In this document: piece by piece, positions 27,195-36,847 of the stretch | Numbering within the stretch: position 1 is the first letter of the stretch | How the letters are laid out: the number at the start of each line of letters is the position of its first letter | Source: Candidatus Poriferihabitaceae bacterium | Lineage (GTDB): Bacteria; Pseudomonadota; Gammaproteobacteria; Arenicellales; Poriferihabitantaceae | NCBI GenBank assembly: GCA_965213885.1 | Contig: OZ243919.1 | Span: 511,733-575,732, forward strand | Length of the DNA stretch: 64,000 nucleotides | Direction: 5' to 3' | Translations under genes and position numbers: made by a program | The notes under the pieces: model-generated | Database searches by the model: none | What the model was told of the DNA's origin: nothing | The model's input: the letters and a program-made list of their open reading frames with translations, nothing else

Positions 27195-27759
27195 CTGGGA
27201 TTGCATGTCGTGGCGTCCACCCCGTCGGTGGCGGACAGGGAGTCGTTCTCGGGTACGAGGCAGAGTCCGGCCATCCGGAACGTCTGAAACACTTGCACCC
27301 CCTCGAGCATGTAGGCTGTGCTGACCACCCCGACCTCGGCCTGTCCCGAGATGACTGATGCGACGATCTCCTTGATGTGTCGTACACTGATCACGATGCG
27401 CAGCTCGGGATGGCTCTCCTGGTGCCGGGCAACGGCACGCGGCAGCGCAGATTCGGCCACCGAAGGGATGACACCGACCGGCAGGTCACCGTTCTGGAGC
27501 GAGCGGATCATCCGCGCGGTTTCGCGCAGGTGGTCGATGCTGACGAATACGCTTTCCACGGCCGGGTGCAGCCGCCTTCCCGCCAGGGTAGGCGCCATTG
27601 TGCTTCAGCTGAGCGTGAACAGCCTGAAGCCCACGGAATTCAACAGTTCCGTGATGTGCTTGCTGACACTTGGCTCTGACAGGTGCAATACTCAGCGGCC
27701 GCTGAGGTGGAGCCGGTCAGGAAGATCGCTTGCAAAACCTTAACGCGCCTCCGGTTCCT
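27195..27759 (-). pseudogene. LysR-family regulator pseudogene
   Basis: HTH reads VLQAIFLTGSTSAAAE / frameshift / LHLSEPSVSKHITEL...GFRLF, then an in-frame stop, then PTLAGRRL...GDLPVGVIPSVAESALPRAVARHQESHPELRI. 3' truncated. Confidence 0.8.
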
Positions 27760-27853
27760 GCACGGATTGTTCTGTTGCTGACGGGTTTTGGTATTACGCC
27801 AATTACCGTATGATTGGATTCTTGAGACCGCAAGAAGCGATGGTTTTGTCTTC

Positions 27854-28663
27854 ATGGGGGAGTTCTTGCCTCACCACCTCATTTCACCCGATCACATCAG
27901 GGCCTACCAGGAAGATGGTGTCGTGCTCATCAGGGGATTGTTCGCTGATCATGTGGAGACCCTGAGGCTGGGGGTGGACAGGAACATGGCCCATCCGGGG
28001 GAATATGCTTCCGAGAACCTGCACGAGGGGGAGACGGGCAGGTTCTTCGACGACTACTGCAACTGGACCCGGATTCCCGAATTCGGGACAGTCATCCGCA
28101 TGTCGGCGGCCGCGGAGGTCGCGGCAGACCTGATGGGATCGGACACGGCACAGCTCTTCCACGACCATGTGCTGGTCAAGGAACCCGGGACCTCCAGGGA
28201 GACGCCCTGGCACCAGGACGCACCCTACTACTTTGTTGATGGCGTGCAGACAGTCAGCTTTTGGGTGCCGCTGGATCCCGTGCAGGAGGCGTCCCTGCGT
28301 TGCGTCCGGGGCTCCCACCACTGGGCAAAGCCGGTGCTACCGGTCCGGTGGCTGTCGGAAGAGGATTTCTACCCGGATATAAACGCGTACCTTCCCGTGC
28401 CCGATCCCGATGCGGAAGGAATGGAGGTGATCGAATACGAAATGGAACCCGGTGACGCGGTCGCGTTCAGCTTCCGGACTGTCCACGGTGCGCGCGGCAA
28501 CTGCTCGGCCAGGCGCAGAAGAGCGTTCTCCCTGCGCTTCGTCGGTGACGATGCACGGTACGTCGAGCGGCCGGGCCGCACTTCGCCGCCGTTTCCCGGG
28601 CATGGAATGAAGCCGGGCGAGCAGCTCCGTGAAGACTGGTTTCCGATCATCTTCAGTCGATGA
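27854..28663 (+). CDS. Phytanoyl-CoA dioxygenase (PhyH) family Fe(II)/2OG oxygenase
   Basis: YQEDGVVLIRG, TPWHQD (HxD motif), WVPLD, GSHHW, PGDAVAF...VHGA...RRAFS. Confidence 0.9.
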   Translation: MGEFLPHHLISPDHIRAYQEDGVVLIRGLFADHVETLRLGVDRNMAHPGEYASENLHEGETGRFFDDYCNWTRIPEFGTVIRMSAAAEVAADLMGSDTAQLFHDHVLVKEPGTSRETPWHQDAPYYFVDGVQTVSFWVPLDPVQEASLRCVRGSHHWAKPVLPVRWLSEEDFYPDINAYLPVPDPDAEGMEVIEYEMEPGDAVAFSFRTVHGARGNCSARRRRAFSLRFVGDDARYVERPGRTSPPFPGHGMKPGEQLREDWFPIIFSR

Positions 28664-28712
28664 TCTCCTTCCGGGGTCCGGTCTGTGCGAACGGTCGCCC
28701 CGACTTCCCGGT

Positions 28713-29678
28713 TCAGGCCAGTGCACCCCCGCAGCTGCTGCCCGCGCCCGCAGTGCAGCCATAGCAGTGATTGCCCACGGCCACGATACTGCCCTCCAGG
28801 GATCCGGGGTCGAGATCCCACAACCGCTTCTTGCCGCTGCCCAACGGTAGCCCGAGCATCTGGTTGAAGTCGCAGTCAAACACGTAGCCCTGCCAGTCAA
28901 CGCTCAACAGGTGACGGCACATGAGCGGTGACACGGTTGCCGGGTTGAAGTTGTCCGCCAGGAGCTGCATGTAGCTCTCCAGTTGCCCGGTGCGTTTCAG
29001 GTAGTGTTCGAACCGGTTGATCGGCAGGTTGGTAATGGTCAGCAGGTTGTTGAACTCGATGCCGAAATCCTCCCTGAGGCGGATTCTGTACTCCTCCTCG
29101 AGGCCTGCCTGCGGCGACGGCAGGACCGGGCCCACCGGGTTGTATACGAGGTCGATGACCTTGTCCGCCTCGTGGCCGTACCCAAGCCCGTTGAGCACCT
29201 TCAGGCCATCGATGCTCTTGCCGAAAACGCCCTTGCCGCGCTGGCGCTCCACGTTCTCCCGGGAATAGCAGGGCAGGGAGCACACCAAGCGGATATTCCG
29301 CGCAGCGTACCATTCGGCGAGGTTCTCCTGGCCCGGCTCGAACAGCACGGTGATGTTGCATCGAGAGGTGATGGCGATACCCCGTGACTGCAGGGCGTCC
29401 ACGAACCAGCGGAAATGCGGGTTCAGCTCCGGGGCCCCGCCGGTCAGGTCGACCGCCCTGATCCCGTTTCCAGCCGCCCAGGCCACGATCCGCTCCATGG
29501 TTTCCCGGTCCATCAGTTCGGTGCGCTTCGGTCCCGCCTCCACGTGGCAGTGCTCGCAAGCCTGGTTGCACAGATAGCCGAGATTGACCTGCAACTCGGC
29601 CAGGCGTTCACGGGTCAGGGGAAAGCAGCCATGATCGGCCAGTGTCTGGTTGAACAGATGTCGAACGCGGGTGTCCAT
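28713..29678 (-). CDS. ArsS-like radical SAM protein (DUF3641-type C-terminus)
   Basis: LQVNLGYLCNQACEHCHVEAGPKR, DLTGGAPELNP, C-terminus HCYGCTAGAGSSCGGAL. Confidence 0.85.
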   Translation of the reverse strand: MDTRVRHLFNQTLADHGCFPLTRERLAELQVNLGYLCNQACEHCHVEAGPKRTELMDRETMERIVAWAAGNGIRAVDLTGGAPELNPHFRWFVDALQSRGIAITSRCNITVLFEPGQENLAEWYAARNIRLVCSLPCYSRENVERQRGKGVFGKSIDGLKVLNGLGYGHEADKVIDLVYNPVGPVLPSPQAGLEEEYRIRLREDFGIEFNNLLTITNLPINRFEHYLKRTGQLESYMQLLADNFNPATVSPLMCRHLLSVDWQGYVFDCDFNQMLGLPLGSGKKRLWDLDPGSLEGSIVAVGNHCYGCTAGAGSSCGGALA

Positions 29679-30115
29679 GGGGCAAGGAGATGGGCAATGG
29701 GGTGGATTATACAGGGACTATAGTGACAATCCGGGATTCGTTCCGACAATGATTGCTGCAGTACCGGTCGGCATCCTTGAAATCCCAGAATTGCAAGGAC
29801 ACGTTATCCCCTCCAGCAATATGAGGGACTTGCGCTGTGGGGTATTTCAGATTCGGGGATGATGGATCGAAAACAGGGGCAACTGTATCATCCATGGCAC
29901 GGTTTAAATGAAAAATGTCGCCGATGGGCGACTTTCATTACGGTGTCCGTTCGATGATATCAAGCAAGGGTACGAACCTGATCTTCATGGCGGTCAGGAT
30001 CAAGGTCAGCAGTAATCGGCATCTTTCCGGCACTTGTTCCGGTCCCTACTGCGGTTGAAGCGGATACAGCTCCCGGTCTTGCGCCGCAGATCGTGGAAGG
30101 GTGGCGGAATCCGAG

Positions 30116-30784
30116 TCAGGCATCCGAGACCGGGCCTTCCTTTCCCGGGCCGCCGAGATCAGGGGACGCTGACGGGCACAGGTCACTGACCATGCATGCA
30201 TGGCACTTGGGTTTCCGCGCCAAGCAGGTGTAGCGGCCATGTAGGATCAGCCAGTGGTGGGCGTCCATCCGGTATTTTTCCGGCACGTTTCCCAGCAGCC
30301 CCATCTCGACCTCCAGGACGTTCTTTCCGGGCGCCAGGCCGAGCCGGTTGGAGACACGGAAGATATGGGTGTCCACGGCAATGGTGGGATGCCCGAAAGC
30401 GGTGTTGAGGATGACATTCGCGGTCTTCCGGCCGACACCGGGCAACGCCTCCAGCGCGGCCCGGTCCTCGGGAACCCTGCCGTCATGCCGCTCGAGCAGA
30501 ATGCTGCAGGTCCTGATGATGTTTTCCGCCTTGGTATTGTACAGGCCGATGGTGCGGATGTACTCCTTGAGGCCGTCCACGCCAAGCACGAGAATGCTCC
30601 AGGGTGTGTTGGCAACGGGAAAGAGCCGCTTCGTCACCTGGTTGACAGACACATCGGTGGCCTGGGCCGACAGGATCACGGCCACCAGGAGCTCAAAGGG
30701 GGTCCCGTAGTACAACTCGGTGGTGGGCTTGGGCAACGCCTTCCTCAGCCTGGCGAACAGCGTCTCGATTTCCGTGGGCTTCAT
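30116..30784 (-). CDS. nth: Endonuclease III
   Basis: ELLVAVILSAQATD, HhH motif LPGVGRKTANV, VDTH, and 4Fe-4S motif C-x6-C-x2-C-x5-C. Confidence 0.96.
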   Translation of the reverse strand: MKPTEIETLFARLRKALPKPTTELYYGTPFELLVAVILSAQATDVSVNQVTKRLFPVANTPWSILVLGVDGLKEYIRTIGLYNTKAENIIRTCSILLERHDGRVPEDRAALEALPGVGRKTANVILNTAFGHPTIAVDTHIFRVSNRLGLAPGKNVLEVEMGLLGNVPEKYRMDAHHWLILHGRYTCLARKPKCHACMVSDLCPSASPDLGGPGKEGPVSDA

Positions 30785-31440
30785 GGGTTCCCGGCGGCCC
30801 TGTGCAGTTCCCGTTTCTTCCGGCGGTCCTCGCGCTTTCGCGCCAGAGCGGCCTCGATTTCCCGCTTGAGGATCCTGCGGCGATGGTCGTGACGTTTCGC
30901 CTGCTTCCGGGCTTCCTCCTCGGCCTCGCGGTCCAGTTTCTGTTCCACCCTGCGGCGGGCCTTCTGCGTCTGGACCAGGGAGAATGCGGGCCAGAGGCTG
31001 GGTGGTTCCGTGGCCCCCGGCGGTGGTGCCGGGACCAGCCTGATGCAGTCGGTGGGACACACCGGGACGCACAGCTTGCACCCCGTGCATTCCCTTTCGA
31101 TCACCGTGTGCATGCGCTTGCCGGCACCCACGATGCAGTCCACCGGACAGGCCTTGATGCAGAGCCTGCAACCGATGCAGGCCGGCTCTTCGATCACCGC
31201 CAGGACCTTCGGCTCCACCACGCCGTTGTCGGGATTGAGCGGCTTGGGCGGCATTCCGGTAAACTCGGCCAGCGCACCGATGGTGACGTCGGCCCCGGGG
31301 GGGCACTGGTTGATGTCCGCCTCGCCGGCTGCGATCGCGGTGGCGTACTCCCGGCAGCGCGGATACCCGCACTGGGTGCACTGGGTTTGCGGGAGAAGCC
31401 GGTCGATCCGGTCGATGCGGTGTGGATCTGGCGGGGGCAA
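30781..31440 (-). CDS. Stand-alone RnfB/RsxB-like ferredoxin (no TM helix)
   Basis: LLPQTQCTQCGYPRC...NQCPPG plus two CxxCxxCxxxCP motifs. Coupled to nth; start is uncertain. Confidence 0.85.
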   Translation of the reverse strand: MPPPDPHRIDRIDRLLPQTQCTQCGYPRCREYATAIAAGEADINQCPPGADVTIGALAEFTGMPPKPLNPDNGVVEPKVLAVIEEPACIGCRLCIKACPVDCIVGAGKRMHTVIERECTGCKLCVPVCPTDCIRLVPAPPPGATEPPSLWPAFSLVQTQKARRRVEQKLDREAEEEARKQAKRHDHRRRILKREIEAALARKREDRRKKRELHRAAGNP

Positions 31441-31949
31441 TGGAATTGTTCGTGAACAGCGGGGCGGATCAACGCGGGATGCTAGCCTGTATTCCAGCTG
31501 GTCGCAAACCCTTGGAGATGTTCTGTCTGGATGGATATTCGGCCTGAATTCCGGCATCGCCCGTGATCAAGAGCGCCTGTTTCCGGTCACAGTGGGGTCA
31601 GTATTGCAACCATTGTCGGGATTTATCCCGGCGCCCGATCAGGATTCTCGCGGGGAACGAGTCGGGTACTGGCAGATTCTGCCAGGAACGGGCAGTTGAA
31701 ATGGTCGGCGAATGGATGGCGGCGGCCTTGCCGCACCATCGAAACAGGCAAGAGGAGTCATCGCTTCAGGCTTGTACTGCCACCTGCGGGAGAACCCGCA
31801 CACTGGCGGGGGAATTTCATACTGGGCCATAATCGGGGCTCCAGGGCGAGGCAATTTCTGATACAACACCCGGAGGGACAAACAATCAGCATCCAGGGCC
31901 TGATATGCGCCACGAAGCCAGCCTCCGGTTTCCAATCGGACTGTCCTAT

Positions 31950-32773
31950 ATGAAGCGCATCTTTGCGACCGCTTCTTTCGTGGCTGCCATTCCCATGTCC
32001 TCCGTTCTCGCTGACGTCCGGGATCCGGCCGCCATGATCGAGTGGCCGTATGTAGGCTCCGATCCGGCACATACCAAATTCTCGTCGGCCGGGGAAATCA
32101 CCGCCGCCCATGTCGACGAACTGGAAATCGTCTGGCAATGGGAGCCGAACGAGATGCCTCTCAAGGAGTACGGCACGCGACCGTTCCCGACCAGGCCATC
32201 CCCCTTCAGCAGGCAGGGGGTATCGCTGAAGGACGCGAACGACCTGACACCGGAGGTCCACGCGCTCGCGGTGGAGGAGATGTGGCGCTTCCGCCTGGGC
32301 CCGCTGTTCACGCTGCCCAGCCTTCAGGGGACGATGCAGCGTACGGGTGCGAGCGGCGCCGCGAACTGGGGAGGGGCGGCATTCGGCCCCTTGACCGGAT
32401 TCCTCTACGTGCGAACATGGGAGGGCGCTGACACGAACCGGGTATGCGTGAATACGGGTAACGATCCGGAGGCCGATGCCGAATACAGCAACAATTGTCT
32501 CTAAGGGGAGATGCTCGTCATGTATCGGGAAGCCGTGGACACGCGGGAGAGTTCCGGTCCGATGGCGACCGGGGGAGGGCTCGTGTTTCTCGGCGGCGGC
32601 GCACCGTATCTGTATGAGTTCGACAAGGCCATGGGCACCGAGGTCTGGCGTGGCGCGACACGACACCTTTTCGAACCAGTGCGGACCCGATGACCTGCTG
32701 CAGCCCGTCGGGGCGGCAGTTCGTCGTCATCGCCACCGGCGCCGCGCCCGTCGCCTTCGCGCGACCCGGATAG
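31950..32773 (+). pseudogene. PQQ-dependent (glucose/quinate-type) dehydrogenase remnant
   Basis: Signal peptide; WPYVGSD...KFS...EITAAHVDELEIVWQW; then jumps to PFPTRP...LGPLFT...GAANWGGAAF; later fragments GPMATGGGLVF...FDKAMGTEVW and GRQFVVIATG. Contains stops, frameshifts and large deletions. Confidence 0.8.
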
Positions 32774-32798
32774 CCAGGTTCGTGTCGACCGAAGCGGT

Positions 32799-35078
32799 GT
32801 GGAAGAATCGTCGCATGACGGACCCTCGTGCGGACGCGGCGGCAGTGTTCCGCAGACGACAGGGCTGCAACGGCTTCGCGGACCCCTTCGGGTCGCCACC
32901 GTGAACATGACGATCAGGGCGCCGGTCCTGTTTTCCGCGACAACCATTCCGGCGCTGTCGGTCGGATTCACCACCGGGCTCGGGTTGCTCGTCGCCCAGA
33001 TCGCTTTCGGCAGCTTCATCTTTTCCGGTCCGCTGGCCCCGTACTCCTCCCAGGGAATCGGCCTGGTGCTGTTCGGCAATTTCGCCGCCTGCCTGGTCAT
33101 TGCCCTCCTGGGCGGCTTTCGCGGTGCGATTGCGGGGCTGTCCCCGGCACTGGTCATCGTGATGGCCACAGTCGGACTCACCTTGGAGGCCGAGGGGGAA
33201 GCCCTGTTCGTCACCACGGCGGCAACCCTCATGCTCGGGGCGATCATGACCGGCATGTGCTGTCTTGCGATCGGACATTTCCGGCTCTCCAACCTGGTGC
33301 GGTTCATCCCCTATCCGGTTTCGGGGGGATTCGTGGCCGGTATCGGGGGGGCGGTGTGCCTGGCCGCCATGTCCCTGATGGGGGCGGACCCGGACTGGCG
33401 GGCGATTCCCGCGCTATTCGAGCCCCGGGCACTCTGGAAGTGGGGCCCGGGCATGTTGTATGGCGTCATCCTGTACCTCGCAATGAAACGGTGGAATTTT
33501 CCGCTCATCCTGCCGGTGAGCGTGGTGGTCTTTGTGGGTGCCTACCATTTCGTCCTTGCCGCCCTGGACATCTCCGGCAGCGAGGCGAGGGCGGCGGGGC
33601 TGCTGCTGACGAGCACTGCGGGCGGCGGGCTATGGCCGGCCCTCGGGCCTTCCGACCTGGTGCACGTGGACTGGGCCGCGATGGCCATGCAGGTTCCGGC
33701 CATCGTGACGCTGATGCTGGTTGCGCTCATCTGCGTCATCATGAATATCGCGGGCCTGGAGATGGCCGTGAACCACGAACTGGACTGGAACCGCGAATTC
33801 AGGGCGACGGGACTTGCGAGCGTGATCGCCGGTCTGGGCGGCTGCACGGTGGCAACCCTGATCGTGCCCGCCTCGCTCCGCAGCAAGCTGTTCGGCGCCG
33901 CTACGCGCCTGACCGGCGTCATCGCGGCCCTTGTCATCGGGGGAGCACTGCTCCTGGGAGACGGGGTTCTGGAACTTGTCCCGGTACCACTAGTAGGGGG
34001 CATCCTGGTCTTTGCCGGCAGCGGCATGCTGGACCAGGGTCTCCTGAGAACCCGCAAGCGGCTGCCCTGGACGGAATACAGCATCATCCTGCTGATCTTC
34101 TTCGTGATCCTCGCCTTCGGGCTGTTCGAGGGCGTGGGTATCGGGATGGTGGCAACCCTCGTGTTCTTCGCCGTGCGTCTCAGCCGCACGGATGTGATCG
34201 AGACATGGTTCACCGCACGCGAACGACGCAGCAGCAAGATCCGGACCGTTCCGGACCGCGCCATACTGTCAGAGAGGGGCGATCGGGTGCATGTATACCA
34301 ACTGCACGGTTACATCTTCTTCGGCAGCGTCGATCCGTTGATCGACCGCCTGAGGAGGCTCCTGGACGGAGCCGAGCGTCCGGATTGCCTGGTACTGGAC
34401 TTCCATGCCGTTACCGGCTTCGACTTCTCTGCCGTGAACGTCCTTTGCAGGTACCTCAACAGTGCGAACGCGGCGGGGATGCTGGTGGTCCTGAGCGCGC
34501 TGCCGGAGCAATTGAGAAACGGACTGGTCAGAAACCTCCCGCCCGGTGAAATTGACCTATTGCGCATCGAACCCGACGCAGAGCGTGCCCTGGAGCACTG
34601 CGAGGAGGCCGTCATCGCGGCATGGAAAAGGGAGGCCAGCACCATAGACGAGCGGCGTACCTTCTTGCTGGACCGCGTCTCGGACGACCTCGAACACTAC
34701 CTGGAGCGTCAGATCCATTTCGAAGATCTGGTGGACGAGCTGCAGGGCCGGCTGGATTTCCGCCACTACGACATCGGCGGTGTCCTCTTGGGGCCGGATG
34801 TGACAAACGAAGTGCACTTGCTCGTTACCGGCCGGGCATCGGCCTGTGATCCCTTGGGCATGCGTGTCCGCCAGTACGGTCCGGGCGACGCCGTCTGGCC
34901 GGCCGGGCCGGAAGAAGGCGAAATCCTGTCGGTGATTGCGGATGAACCCTGCAGGACAATGGCGCTGACGCCATCAGTCCTGGGCTGGCTGGAACAGCAG
35001 GAGGAGCGTCTTGCCCTCAGGCTGTACCGGTACCTGCTTGCCGGGCGCATCCCGGACGGGCTGAAGGGCGACCGGTAG
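32799..35078 (+). CDS. SulP-family transporter with STAS and degenerate cNMP-binding domains (true start probably near 32901-32907)
   Basis: LVRFIPYPVSGGFVAGIG; STAS LHGYIFFGS...LVLDFHAVTGFDFSA; C-terminal VHLLVTGRAS...YGPGDAV...SVIADEPC. Confidence 0.85.
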   Translation: MEESSHDGPSCGRGGSVPQTTGLQRLRGPLRVATVNMTIRAPVLFSATTIPALSVGFTTGLGLLVAQIAFGSFIFSGPLAPYSSQGIGLVLFGNFAACLVIALLGGFRGAIAGLSPALVIVMATVGLTLEAEGEALFVTTAATLMLGAIMTGMCCLAIGHFRLSNLVRFIPYPVSGGFVAGIGGAVCLAAMSLMGADPDWRAIPALFEPRALWKWGPGMLYGVILYLAMKRWNFPLILPVSVVVFVGAYHFVLAALDISGSEARAAGLLLTSTAGGGLWPALGPSDLVHVDWAAMAMQVPAIVTLMLVALICVIMNIAGLEMAVNHELDWNREFRATGLASVIAGLGGCTVATLIVPASLRSKLFGAATRLTGVIAALVIGGALLLGDGVLELVPVPLVGGILVFAGSGMLDQGLLRTRKRLPWTEYSIILLIFFVILAFGLFEGVGIGMVATLVFFAVRLSRTDVIETWFTARERRSSKIRTVPDRAILSERGDRVHVYQLHGYIFFGSVDPLIDRLRRLLDGAERPDCLVLDFHAVTGFDFSAVNVLCRYLNSANAAGMLVVLSALPEQLRNGLVRNLPPGEIDLLRIEPDAERALEHCEEAVIAAWKREASTIDERRTFLLDRVSDDLEHYLERQIHFEDLVDELQGRLDFRHYDIGGVLLGPDVTNEVHLLVTGRASACDPLGMRVRQYGPGDAVWPAGPEEGEILSVIADEPCRTMALTPSVLGWLEQQEERLALRLYRYLLAGRIPDGLKGDR

Positions 35079-35289
35079 CGGACGGGTGCCGCCTGCAGCA
35101 TGATGCGGCAGCTGCATCCGCCCGGCATCATCTTCTGCGCCATGCGGTGCGTTTCTGCCGGTGGGCGGTTGAATGTGAAGGGCCTTCGGCAGCCTGTGAA
35201 CGGGCCCGTGGCCGGGTATTGATTGCCGCGTCGATACCAACGGCGGACTTTCCCTATAATCTGCGCTCCATTACCCTGAAGGTGTCTGA

Positions 35290-36531
35290 GTGAACTATCC
35301 GGAAAAATTCGCCCGAATCGCGGAAAAGACCAGTTTCCGTCTGCTGGACATGGATGCCCGGACGTTTCTCGGGGAGATGGCGAACCGGTATCGATTCACC
35401 CTGCAGGAACTGCAGCTCGTCAGCGATATGGCGCTGGACCGGCTACGCTGGAAGGAGGTGCCGCTGCAGGAGGACTGGCCGCAGGCAGACAACAAGAGCG
35501 CACTCATGAGGGCCCTCGTGCGGCGCCACGGTGAGGTCCGGGACGGCGAGAAGAGCTATGCGGCGTTTACCGGTGCCGACAAGCCGCGTACCGTAAAGCC
35601 CGAGATCAGGGTCACGCCGAAGCCGAAACTTGGACTGGGCCGCTGCCCGGTGGCGTCCGAACGGACCCGCTGCTGCAACCTGCTGACCCTGGACGCAGTG
35701 GAGAAATGCGGGTTTGACTGTTCCTATTGCAGCATCCAGTCGTTTTACCACGGCAACGCCGTGACCTTCGACGGTACCTTTCCGGAGAAGCTGGCGGCGC
35801 TCAACCTGGACCCCGACCGGACCTACCATATCGGCACCGGGCAGTCCTCCGATTCCCTGATGTGGGGCAACCACAACGGCGTGCTCGGGGCGCTGGCCCG
35901 GTTCGCCCGGAGCCACCCCAACGTGCTGCTCGAACTGAAGACGAAATCCCGCAATATCGGCTGGCTGCTGGAAAACGGTTTCCCGCCGAATATCCTCACG
36001 ACCTGGTCGCTCAATCCCCAAGCCATCATTGACCACGAGGAGCACCTGACCGCCTCCCTGGCGCAACGCCTGGATGCCGCCGCGAACATCGCCGCGAAGG
36101 GAAGACTGGTGGGATTCCACTTCCACCCCATTGTCCATTATGACCGCTGGCGGGAGGACTACGGCGCCATCTGCCAGGATCTCGTTGCCAGGTTCGCGCC
36201 GGAGCAGGTCGCCATGGTTTCACTGGGAACACTGACCTTCACCCGGTCGGTCATGAAGACCATCCGTCGACGCCCCTTGGCCAGCAAGATCCTGCAGATG
36301 CCCATGGAGGAGGCCGCGGGCAAGTTTTCCTATCCGCCTGCGGTCAAGACCGAGCTGTTCCGCCACGTCCACGAAGCCCTTTCCCCTTGGCACGACCGGG
36401 TCTTTTTCTATCTCTGCATGGAGGGGCAGGACCTGTGGAATCCGGTGTTCGGCCATGAATATCCATCCAACGAGGTGTTCGAGGTGGCGATGAAGGAAGC
36501 CTATTTCGCCAAGGTTGCCGCCCTGACATGA
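35290..36531 (+). CDS. Spore-photoproduct-lyase (SplB)-like radical SAM protein
   Basis: CGFDCSYC, IGTGQSSDSL, LELKTKS, WSLNP, GFHFHPI, YLCME. Confidence 0.8.
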   Translation: MNYPEKFARIAEKTSFRLLDMDARTFLGEMANRYRFTLQELQLVSDMALDRLRWKEVPLQEDWPQADNKSALMRALVRRHGEVRDGEKSYAAFTGADKPRTVKPEIRVTPKPKLGLGRCPVASERTRCCNLLTLDAVEKCGFDCSYCSIQSFYHGNAVTFDGTFPEKLAALNLDPDRTYHIGTGQSSDSLMWGNHNGVLGALARFARSHPNVLLELKTKSRNIGWLLENGFPPNILTTWSLNPQAIIDHEEHLTASLAQRLDAAANIAAKGRLVGFHFHPIVHYDRWREDYGAICQDLVARFAPEQVAMVSLGTLTFTRSVMKTIRRRPLASKILQMPMEEAAGKFSYPPAVKTELFRHVHEALSPWHDRVFFYLCMEGQDLWNPVFGHEYPSNEVFEVAMKEAYFAKVAALT

Positions 36532-36847
36532 CCGGGACCGTGGGTCGGGGAGGTGATGCAGGCCCTCCCGGCTCCCAGTGGCGTGGTTGCGGCGGGAGGA
36601 TGCAGGGAGGGTGCGCGGCTGCCGCCGGGCAGCGTCGGGGTGCAGACGGCCTTTCCCGCGATACGCGCGCCGGATGATTCCCGCGCTTCCGTGCCAGGTC
36701 GTTCGAGCGGGTTCAGTCCCGGGCAGACACATCCCATATTCCAGAATAAACCCGATTGCGGAGTGAATCCCCGCGCCCTTCTGTTATCCTCGGCACGGCG
36801 GTAGAATTCGCTGCCGTACCGCAATCCAGCGAGGATCAGTCCCCTTC

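Noticed and set aside
26558-27598. 346-aa minus-strand ORF as an intact gene
   Set aside because: Only the first ~130 aa are LysR-like; the rest is read-through into intergenic DNA and the antisense of paralog B.
30116-31381. 421-aa ORF suggesting an N-terminally extended or fused Nth
   Set aside because: The upstream part is an alternative frame of the rnfB-like gene. nth starts at 30784 with an ATGA overlap, and the rnfB-like/nth pairing is common.
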